Positions 55,824-64,000 of a DNA stretch of 64,000 nt are shown in pieces. Position numbers and translations under genes: made by a program. The DNA is taken from positions 1 to 64,000 of the IMG/VR virus record IMGVR_UViG_3300048851_000105; one strand, given 5' to 3'. This DNA is from a virus. Position 1 is the first letter of the stretch, and every line of letters begins with the position of its first letter. The notes beneath the pieces are model-generated. The model ran no database searches. It was not told the DNA's origin and saw nothing but the letters and a program-made list of their open reading frames with translations.

Positions 55824-56132
55824 ATGGCACGCATCGAGCCCGACTACACCCCCACCACTGAGGAGGTGAAGGACGCCTATGGACTGGGCGGCGACGGCGC
55901 TGACTTCAAGGCCGAATACTGGGCCCGCAGAGAGGCGTTCGATCGCTGGCTGGCTGCGCACGACGCCGAGAAGGACGCGGAGATCGCGCGCCTGTCGCAG
56001 CGGCCGACCGTCGAAGAGGTGGCGCGGTCGGTGGGTTGGCAACATCCCCGAGTCCCCCATGACGAACTGAGGTCGATCGTGTCTGCCGTGCTCGCCCTGT
56101 TCCCCACCCCCAAGGAGACCCCCCGTGGCTGA
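55824..56132 (+). CDS. Paralogue-family protein (PTTEEV...FDRWLAAHDAE)
   Basis: DNA-level similarity to the next gene. Confidence 0.7.
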   Translation: MARIEPDYTPTTEEVKDAYGLGGDGADFKAEYWARREAFDRWLAAHDAEKDAEIARLSQRPTVEEVARSVGWQHPRVPHDELRSIVSAVLALFPTPKETPRG

Positions 56133-56655
56133 GCACACCCCCACCACCGAAGAGGTCCGGCAGCGGTACGCCTACGACGAGTGGACAGACCCACAGGAGA
56201 GCGACTACGCAGCGTTCGACCGCTGGCTGGCCGCCCACGACGCCGAGGTACTGCGCGACGGAGGCTTGGTCCGTGTCGAGACCGCCGAGAAGTACCGCCA
56301 GCGGTGGGAGGATGCCCAGGCTGAGGTGCGTCGCCTGTCCCAGCGGCCCGCCATCGAAGAAGTCGTGCGAAGGCTTTGGACCGAGAACGCGAGCCTGACC
56401 AACATGCAGGCACGGAACCTCGTCGAGGACGTGCTCGCCCTGTTCCCCGCACCCAGGGAGACCGCCGATGAGCGCACTCGTTGCCTGTCCGTTCATCGGG
56501 GTGTGCAGTGTCAGGGGTACTGGGAGCACCACCTGGACGAGACCACCCACTTCCATCAGGGTGACGAGGAGTACGGCGGCCCCAGCCACAACCACCACTG
56601 GGAGGGCCCGTCCTGGCGCTCTCTCCGCACCCGCTTGGAGGAGACCCATGCCTGA
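56125..56655 (+). CDS. Paralogue-family protein (PTTEEV...FDRWLAAHDAE) with C-terminal Cys/His motif
   Basis: Tandem duplicate of the 55824 gene plus added module. Confidence 0.7.
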   Translation: MAEHTPTTEEVRQRYAYDEWTDPQESDYAAFDRWLAAHDAEVLRDGGLVRVETAEKYRQRWEDAQAEVRRLSQRPAIEEVVRRLWTENASLTNMQARNLVEDVLALFPAPRETADERTRCLSVHRGVQCQGYWEHHLDETTHFHQGDEEYGGPSHNHHWEGPSWRSLRTRLEETHA

Positions 56656-57064
56656 GCACGTCCCTACGAGGGAAGAGATCGAGACCGCGTACGCCGGGGG
56701 GTGGAGCGAGGACTCGATCCCTGGCAAGAACGCCCGTGAGGAGTTCGCCGCCTGGCTGGCCGATCACGACGCTCAGGTCTTGGACATCGCTCGCCGCCCC
56801 CGCATGATCGCCGCCGAGAGAGAGGCCAACGCCGCCGATGAGAAGACCGTGATCCGGGACGTCAACGGCGACGTCTTCGAGAAGGTCTCAGGCCGAGGCT
56901 GGGAGATGACAGGAGAGTCCGGACGCTGGGGGCCGACCTGGATCAAGTACCCCGCCACTGTGCTCTGGGCGCCGCTCTACGGCCGCATGGAGGTGGCACC
57001 CGTCGATCTCCAGCAGCACCCCACACAACCCCGTCCTGAGGGCTACCAGGGAAGCCCCGCGTGA
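56648..57064 (+). CDS. Paralogue-family protein (PTREEI...FAAWLADHDAQ)
   Basis: Same N-terminal module, different C-terminus. Confidence 0.7.
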   Translation: MPEHVPTREEIETAYAGGWSEDSIPGKNAREEFAAWLADHDAQVLDIARRPRMIAAEREANAADEKTVIRDVNGDVFEKVSGRGWEMTGESGRWGPTWIKYPATVLWAPLYGRMEVAPVDLQQHPTQPRPEGYQGSPA

Positions 57065-57315
57065 CCGAGCCCCTGAGCCCCCTCGACAGGGAGGTGAGCG
57101 ATGGCACGCGCTACCTCCTCTGGCCGGACGCCGAGATCGCCTGGCGCTGTCATTGGTGCAGGCTGGTCTACTCCGACCCGAAGGCGCACTTCCGCTCCTA
57201 TCCCCAGTGCCGATCATGACGTGTCCATCGTGCGGGGGTTCTGTGGCCCCTGAGAGCCTCTACAACGGCTCAGGGACACCTGTGGCCACCGTCGACAGAT
57301 GCGTGCGCTGTGGGC

Positions 57316-57350
57316 GCATGGAAGCCCGCTGAGGGCGTATCACAGGCATG
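57316..57350 (+). promoter_or_regulatory. Phage-sigma leaderless promoter copy 10 (GCAT-N16-CGTATCACAGGC-ATG)
   Basis: Consensus match. Confidence 0.75.
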
Positions 57351-57545
57351 ACGAGCAAGAAGACGACGGAAACGGCCTACCTTCTGGGCATGAAGCCGAA
57401 CTCCCGCACGGGGTTCTATCACGTTCACTCCGCCTCGTACGAGTGCGGGATGGCCTATCGAGGACACGACGAACTCTGGTGGCCGTGCTCACGCCTGGTG
57501 AATCACGAGGGGCCGTGCGGGTACGAGGACAACACGGCGTACTGA
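57348..57545 (+). CDS. Small Cys/His protein
   Basis: CSRLVNHEGPC motif; start set by motif. Confidence 0.6.
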   Translation: MTSKKTTETAYLLGMKPNSRTGFYHVHSASYECGMAYRGHDELWWPCSRLVNHEGPCGYEDNTAY

Positions 57546-57550
57546 GTTTC

Positions 57551-57583
57551 TCGATTTCTCTGTAACGTGTTACAGTAGTAACG
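57551..57583 (+). promoter_or_regulatory. Early-type promoter/operator cassette (TGtTACAGT)
   Basis: Operator TGTTAC-AGTA-GTAACG at 57568-57583. Confidence 0.7.
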
Positions 57584-57597
57584 TATCCAGAGAGAGG

Positions 57598-60082
57598 ATG
57601 GACCCCATGGCTTCCATGACCTGCCCCGGATCGGGCTCCCAGCCCGTCGTCCCCGCCAACGTCAACATCGGCGAGAACGACAAGGGCCTGGCGTCGACCT
57701 GGCCCCACTACCGCGGCCTGTGTGGCCACTGCAACGGCTTCTACGCCCCCAACAGGGACGGCAGCCTGCGCAAGCACGTGTTCTACAGCGGCCCCAGCAC
57801 GGAGTACGAGGCCGAGCACCGGAATGCCTGGTTCGCCCAGCACGGCGTGAAGGAGGTGGCCTGAGATGGCTCTCAAAGGACTGAAGCCCAGCGCCGAGCA
57901 GGTCAAGCGCGTGCGGCAGAAGCAGCGCACCGAGAACACCCTGGCCATCGAGGCCCTGAAGCGCGGTGACGCCGAGGGCTTCCACCGCCACGCCGACGAG
58001 GCCGCTGTGTGCGCCTCGTGGATCAGGACGTACGTCTGATGGACATCACGTTCCAGCCGTCGAGGTTCTCCCACCGCATCTTCGGGGTCTTCATCGACGG
58101 TAAGCCCGTCGGCATCGTCCGAAAGACCGGACACGTACTGTGGCGCGCTCGCGTCTCAGTCCCCAACATGATCGGAATCGGTGTCGGCTACGGCCTCACA
58201 CCCAGAGCAGCGGTCGAGGCCGCGTGGAAGAAGGTGACCCAGTGAGCATCGATGAACTGCCCGACATCCTGGAGCGCGAGGCCCAGAAGCACTCGACCCA
58301 CGTCGCCAACGGCACTTCACTGGGCGGGGAAAGCCCAGCCTGGAACGAGGGCGCTGCGGCCGGACTGCGAGCCGCAGCGTCCCTGGTGCGTGGCGTCATC
58401 GCCGAGCGCGACAAGTCTCAGACCCCAGCCGAGCACGCCGCTGAGGCGTTCCTCACAGGACGCGTTCCCTCCACACACCCCGATCCTGGCTACACACACG
58501 CCGACCTCGCTCTCGACGAGTGGGAGGAGAAGTCATGAGGAAGTACACACGCGGGCAGCGGGTCCGCATCATCTCCACCGGAGAGGTGGGGATCGTCGAC
58601 TACGTCGGCGACGACAGCAGAGCCGTCCGCCCCTACTGCGTCCGCCTCGACGGCCGCACTCCCTGGCATGCCGAGGATGAGTTGGAGGCCATCGAGGTGG
58701 CTCGCACTCTCCTGTACGAGGACCTCCCCCGCAGCGAGGCGGTGCAGTACCAGATGGCCGTCGAAGCCGCCTGGGCCGACCTCGCCATGGCAGAGGCCCG
58801 ACACGGCCGCGTCGCCACTCCCGCCCAGATCATTCAAGCCGTTCTGTCGGCACTCCCCGCGATCTTCCCCATCGAGAAGGAACTCCAGTGACCAAGACAT
58901 TCACCGCCCGCACGGCGCGCAAAGCCCCGACCGACACCAAGGGGTCGGTCATCACGGTCTACGCAGAGGGGCGCCAGCAGACGGTGCCGTGGGACTACAA
59001 CGCCGACGATCCCCACCGCGCGGCCGTCCTGGTCATGTTCCCAGGCGCCACCCTGAAGCACCGCGGCACCACCACGTACGGCCACCTCTACGTGGTCACG
59101 ATCGAGCCCGAGAGGAAGACGTCATGACCGACATCGACGCCCCGTTCTACGACACGCACCTGCGCGACCACCCCACGACGCTCACAGGCTCTGTGACGCC
59201 GGGGGTGAACGTCGACCCCATCGACGTCTCCGCAGGGCTCCAGATGGCCGCCACGATCGGCTACAGCGACTGGCAGGCGCAGATGGTGGCCGAGCACGCG
59301 CTCCTCCGCTGGAAGCGCGGCGAGGAGACCAGCGGGCAGCGCCTCTGGCTGAGCGAGTACCCCAACGACCTCACGTCCTGGACCATGATCCTGGCCGCCG
59401 CGCAGGCAGGAGCGACGAACCCCTCTGACTGGGATGAGCAGCGAGAAGATGAAGCGAATCGTCGTCTCGACCAAGACACGGCAGGAGCACCGCTGTGAGC
59501 ACGTACTGGTACTTCGAGTGCATGGAGCACGACCCGCCCCTTCGGAGCGATGAGGAGTTCACCCAGCACACCAACGACGCCTCGTTCGAGCGCGCTGTCG
59601 CCCTGGCATGGATGAGGCCGCTCGTCGAAGACCCCGAGGTATTCGGAAGTGTCGCTGCGGACTACTTCGAGAGGAATGCTCACGCCTTCCTGGTCAAGCA
59701 CCCGCACTGCCGCGTCGAGATGGTCTCCGAGTACGGCGTTCGCCAGGCACTGGAGGATCACACGTGGACCCTCTCTGGGCCTGTGCGGGTGAAGACGCCC
59801 GAGCAAATCGCCAACGACTACATCGGGACCATCCCCGGCATGGCGCCGACCGATACGGCCGTGAACCTCAGGATGGACGTCGACAATCTGCGCGCGGCGA
59901 TCGTCAGCGCGATCGAGGCCGACAGGAAGCAGCGAGATGCCGCCATCGCTGAGGTGCTGCGCATGCCCGACCGACACGAGGCCGTCCCCGTCGAGGAGCC
60001 CCAGCGCCGACACGACTACCTGCGGGGCTACCGCGCGTTCCGTGACGAGGTCCGCGCCATCCTGGGGGGCGACCCCAGGTGA
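57598..60082 (+). other. Run of small genes (57598-57864 CPGSG Zn ribbon; 58009-58245; 58242-58538; 58535-58891; 58888-59127; 59124-59498; 59495-60082)
   Basis: Coupled ORFs with phage codon usage. Confidence 0.55.
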
Positions 60083-60236
60083 CACATCAGCGTGTGCGTA
60101 GTAGGCAGATCACCTACCTGAACGGCTACGACAGAGACGTCGAGGCTATCCGTGTGGAGCGCTGGCACAAGGGCGAGTGGAAGTTCCTGTTCGTCCGCGT
60201 CGCCCCCGAGTGGGATGTTCTGACAAGGAGACGATC

Positions 60237-60548
60237 GTGACTGAGTACGTGCCTACCACCGAAGACGCGCTGCGCGAGTTGCGATACGCCGCCACTCACT
60301 TCGACGCCATGATGCCCCCCGAGGGCTTCAACGCAGCGCTTGCCGCACACGATGCCGAGGTGCTGCGCCCCTTCCGCGATGAACTCGCGACACAGGGACT
60401 TCCTGAGACCGCCACCCTCGCCGACCTGATTCGACACCACCGCGGCAACGCAGCGGCGGCTGCGGCATTCGACTCACTGGCTCAGCAGCAGCCGAAGGGG
60501 AAGTGGGTATTCGACGGCGACGTGGACGTCTGGGTGCCGGAGCAGTGA
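60237..60548 (+). CDS. Paralogue-family protein (YVPTTED...FNAALAAHDAE)
   Basis: Shares the N-terminal module with the 55824-57064 genes. Confidence 0.65.
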   Translation: MTEYVPTTEDALRELRYAATHFDAMMPPEGFNAALAAHDAEVLRPFRDELATQGLPETATLADLIRHHRGNAAAAAAFDSLAQQQPKGKWVFDGDVDVWVPEQ

Positions 60549-60690
60549 CGGCTTGCGAGGGCTGCGGGCACGGCGAGAACTCCCACCGCTACATGGCCGG
60601 AATCCTGGGGTTCTGCGAAGAGGGTCGGTGCTCCTGCCCCTTCTACACGATCACTCTGCCCGACCCCGGCGATTTCGGAGGGATGAGCAC

Positions 60691-61314
60691 GTGAAGTTGG
60701 TGGTCTGCGACCCTGACGAGCCCACCCCTGAGGAGAAGCGCCGGGAGGAGTGGGATCGGAAGCACCCTCGCTGCGGCGAGTGTGGGCAGTTCCTCCGCAG
60801 GCGCAAACCCCGACACCCGGACGCGCTTAACTTCGGCCTGCGCGAGGACGAGTGGATCGGGCATCACTTCCAGGACTACTGGGGAGAGTGGGACCATGTC
60901 TGACCCCGTCAACCTGTCCGACTACCGCAACCAGAAGATCGTCGAGTCGTTCCCCGAGGGTTCGGTCGGTGCCATTCTGAGAGACCTGCGTGCGTCACAG
61001 GGGCGCACGCTCTACGTCGTTCCCGAGGAGGAGCAATGAGTGAGCGCGCTCAGCCGAACCGGCGCCGGTGCCTGACGACGGGTTGCAACCCCGTGCTGCA
61101 CGGTGACGACCAGGCCGCAGCACACACGGCCGAGACGGGGCACCGCACGGCAGCGTGGCCGGTGCGCTCCGCCGAGGGGAAGCGCCGGGCGCGCGCGCGG
61201 AACCGGACAGGCTACTACGACCGCTACAACGTCGGCGCCAAGTCCCCCGAAGCGCGTGGACTTCGACGCGGCGGGGACGGCTTCGGCGAGTGGGACGGCC
61301 ACAAGACCGATTAG
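60691..61314 (+). other. Three small genes (60691-60903, 60896-61039, 61036-61314)
   Basis: Coupled ORFs. Confidence 0.5.
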
Positions 61315-61367
61315 GAGAAATCCTCTGTATCGGTTACACTGGTAACGTACCGCTTCTGGAAGGAGCA
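61313..61367 (+). promoter_or_regulatory. Early-type promoter/operator cassette plus CCGCTTCTGGAAGGAGCA leader
   Basis: Operator GGTTAC-ACTG-GTAACG 61332-61347; leader 61350-61367. Confidence 0.7.
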
Positions 61368-61371
61368 TCTC

Positions 61372-62665
61372 ATGGCCGCCAAGCCTCGCATCTTCGCTAG
61401 CACTCCACACGGCAAGGTCGTGAATCCCATTCTCCGCGAACTGCGCGAGAAGAAGCGGGACGTCTACGATCTCCTGATGGACCTGGATTCCATGTGGGCC
61501 GACCAGTTCAGCGATGCCCAGGTCTGGCACGCACGCGAGGTTCTCTCACTCTTGGGCTCGCTCCGAACCGTCAAGGGGGCGTCGTGAACTACGCGATCGG
61601 CGTCTGTGCCCTGATCCTGGCCTACGTGCTCGCAGCGTGCGCTCTGGTCTCCGTGGTCGGCGCCGCCTTCCGCGGCACATTCCCGGCCGAGGAGGTCGCG
61701 TCCGTGGTTCCCCTGGCCGTCATGGCCGCTCTCGTCTGGGGTGCAGGACGCGCCCTGACACACACGAAGGAGTCGGCCGAGTGAGCAAGCAGATCGAGTC
61801 CATCCGCATCTGGACGGACGCGGACTGGCATGTGCACATTCGCCTGCGGTCCGATATGCGGAACACTCCGCAGAAGTTGCAGCGCTTTGCGCGCAGCCTC
61901 ATCGTCGATCATGTCGCCCGAGCCGAGCAGCAACTCGGAGAGCGTCTGGTTGTCGCAGCCAGGCGCGTCACCCAGAGCATCTATGTCCCCATCACCCCGG
62001 CGATCGTCCACGAGGACGGCACTGTGGAGTTCATCGAAGGAGCCCGCCCATGACCACCTCACAGCCCGTAGCAGCCCGTCTGACGCCCAAACACGGCTGG
62101 AACATCGACCAGCACCAGGACGGCACGTTCACGTGCTCACGAGGCGATGTGTCGCTTCGCGTGACGGTCATTCACGACTCCGTGCACTTCCAGGACGCTC
62201 GCCCCGGCACGGTGAACGCAGACCAGTACACCTACCTCGCCGAGCAGATCGGGGAGATGCAGAACCAGCAGATGATCACCGCCGCCATGCAGGAGAAGAT
62301 TTGATGGTCGAATCAACTGAGCGTCGTCGCGAGCGTGCACGACTGAAGGCGCGGCTCTTTCCTCACATCTACGGCACAGACCCCGTCCGCCGAGAGGCCG
62401 CCACCAAGGCCATTCAGAACTTCGACGCTGAGACGCGGGAGAAGGGTCTGTGAATCCGGAGACGATCCCCGAGATGCAGGTGCACGGCTGGCTCATCGAT
62501 CACGCAGGCGCCGACACGTTCCGAGCCACCAAAGGCGACGTGACCGTCAGCATCGAGTACGAGGACCCGACCACGTTCGTGCACACCCCGGACGTCATGC
62601 CTGCGGATGAGCGAGCGACTGTGGAGGACGCCATCGTCAACACCTGGCCAATCGAGTCATGGTGA
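61372..62665 (+). other. Six small genes (61372-61587, 61584-61784 membrane, 61781-62053, 62050-62304, 62304-62453, 62450-62665)
   Basis: Coupled ORFs; 62050 and 62450 share a (W).ID....(G/D)TF...(R/K)GDV(S/T) motif. Confidence 0.55.
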
Positions 62666-63024
62666 GAGGCTTCGACGTCCCCTTCGGCTGGGAGGACGAG
62701 CACCTGCGGATGCCCCGTCCTGTTCCACATCGGCGTGTGCGCTTCATGGAGTACGTCGAGTCGGTCACTGAGGACGGCCGCCGCAACGTGGCCATGCGCG
62801 CGCTCGTGGTGCCCAACGTCGCGGTCCTTCAGTGGGAGGTCGTCAGCGGCGAGATCGACTACGTGCGCGTGTACGCCCCGTACCAGCGTCAAGGCATCGC
62901 GACTCGGCTGTGGTGCGCGGCGAATCTTCTTCAGCCGGTGCTGCACTCGGCCTGGAGGAGCACGGACGGGGACGCCTGGGCTCGCGCAGTCGGCGGCGAC
63001 CTGCCGAAGAACGAGTGGCACTGA
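62659..63024 (+). CDS. GNAT-family acetyltransferase
   Basis: IDYVRVYAPYQRQGIATRL motif A; DGDAWARA end. Confidence 0.8.
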   Translation: MVRGFDVPFGWEDEHLRMPRPVPHRRVRFMEYVESVTEDGRRNVAMRALVVPNVAVLQWEVVSGEIDYVRVYAPYQRQGIATRLWCAANLLQPVLHSAWRSTDGDAWARAVGGDLPKNEWH

Positions 63025-63026
63025 AC

Positions 63027-63073
63027 CATTTCTTGAAATGAGTGTAGACACCGTGACTACTGTCACGTATACT
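63027..63073 (+). promoter_or_regulatory. CATTTC-TT-GAAATG palindrome, then TAGACA-N17-TATACT promoter with perfect operator CGTGAC-TACT-GTCACG; leaderless to hicA
   Basis: -35 63045-63050, operator 63052-63067, -10 63068-63073, GTG 63080. Confidence 0.8.
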
Positions 63074-63079
63074 GAATTC

Positions 63080-63286
63080 GTGAGACAGTTCAGCGCCCAA
63101 GACATCGTTCGGGCCTTGCGCAAGCGAGGCGCCGAGTTGGTCCGTCAGAAGGGCAGCCACGCGACCTACCGCGTCGGCAACTGCCAGGCCACGGTCGCCA
63201 TGCACAAGGGTGACGTGCCTCGTGGAACTGTCCGAGCGATCGAGCGGGCCTTCGAGCCCGAGTTGGGTGAAGGGTGGTTGAAGTGA
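63080..63286 (+). CDS. hicA: HicA-family mRNA interferase toxin
   Basis: IVRALRKRGAELVRQKGSHATY...TVAMHKGDVPRGTVRAIER. Confidence 0.9.
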   Translation: MRQFSAQDIVRALRKRGAELVRQKGSHATYRVGNCQATVAMHKGDVPRGTVRAIERAFEPELGEGWLK

Positions 63287-63603
63287 GAATTACTCAGGCA
63301 GACCTGGACATGAGTCGGTACTTCGACGCGAAGGTCACGAGAGAGGGCGAGCGCTATCTCGCCGCCGTCGACGAGTGCAACGCGTTCACGTACGCCGACT
63401 CGGTCACGGAACTCCGCGCCAACGTGATGGAGGCCGTCGAGGCCGCCACGGGCGTTGCTCCTCTCCACGTGAGCCTCCAGTACCAGTGGACGGACGACTC
63501 CGGCGAGGTCTACGGCATCACGGAAGAGAACGAGCAGGTCGCTCGCACGGTTCTCTACCACCAGGGCGCCGACTACGCCTCTCTCCGGCCGGTGACCTCG
63601 TGA
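63283..63603 (+). CDS. hicB: HicB-like antitoxin (RNase H-like domain only)
   Basis: VTREGERYLAAVDECNAFTYADSVTELRANVMEAV; GTGA overlap with hicA. Confidence 0.75.
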   Translation: MRITQADLDMSRYFDAKVTREGERYLAAVDECNAFTYADSVTELRANVMEAVEAATGVAPLHVSLQYQWTDDSGEVYGITEENEQVARTVLYHQGADYASLRPVTS

Positions 63604-64000
63604 CCGCCGAGGAGGTCGAGCAGAAGGCTCTCGACGCCACGGCCGACAAGATTCTGCGGGACCTCGAAGGCTTCCTCCAGAGCGCCTACTCGATCTACGA
63701 CGTCGCCAAGGCGATCCCGCATCCCTACGACGCGATCGGCGACATGGGCCAGCGGTTCCTGCACGACTTCCGCGGCTTCGCCTTCACTCTGGAGACGTAC
63801 GTCGAGAGCACCCGACCCAAGCCTGAGCCCGAAGTGCCTGAGATCGAGTGGGAGTACGGCTTCTACGACACCGACGACCACCAGAGTCCGGCACGCGTGT
63901 ACTGGTCGACATTCGGCGGCCCCGTCGGGTTCGACACACCGGAGTCCGCAGCGGGCACCGCCAGCAAGAGCGTGACAGGCCAGGCCGTCATCGTTCGCCG
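63600..64000 (+). CDS. Hypothetical protein, 3-prime truncated by window
   Basis: GTGA overlap with hicB; frame open to window end. Confidence 0.45.
   Translation, partial: MTAEEVEQKALDATADKILRDLEGFLQSAYSIYDVAKAIPHPYDAIGDMGQRFLHDFRGFAFTLETYVESTRPKPEPEVPEIEWEYGFYDTDDHQSPARVYWSTFGGPVGFDTPESAAGTASKSVTGQAVIVR

Overview
The window is 64 kb of a large, high-GC (roughly two-thirds by eye) tailed phage, most likely a lytic siphovirus of Actinomycetota; a Microbacteriaceae-like host is an inference only. Nearly all protein genes run on the + strand. Order: end of tape measure, Dit and Tal/fibre genes (1-8.7 kb); membrane/holin genes, a tail-fibre-like protein and a tail-domain/PhoD phosphatase fusion (8.8-13.8 kb); a replication, transcription and nucleotide block with SNF2 helicase, two sigma factors, MazG, DnaB, GroES, ThyX, a primase Zn domain, clamp-loader delta/delta-prime homologues, family A DNA polymerase, gp32-like SSB, RuvC, RecA, DUF932, Orn, SbcC/SbcD-like nuclease and dNMP kinase (13.9-45.3 kb); then about 60 small accessory genes ending in a GNAT and a HicAB pair. 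No integrase, CRISPR array or endolysin is visible. The strongest unexplained signals are non-coding: (i) ten copies of a bipartite GCAY-N16-CGWAYMACAGGC promoter, eight fused directly to an ATG (leaderless regulon); (ii) a non-coding RNA island at 50.3-51.4 kb with a class II tRNA-like RNA whose anticodon arm is replaced, plus two other highly paired RNAs; (iii) a 6C-like RNA with C-rich loops at 38.2 kb; (iv) a 16-bp palindromic operator over about 12 host-type promoters; (v) at least 23 dispersed copies of GAATCTTCT in both orientations; (vi) apparent absence of AGCT and RGATCY. All homology calls come from motif recognition by eye; no database searches were run.
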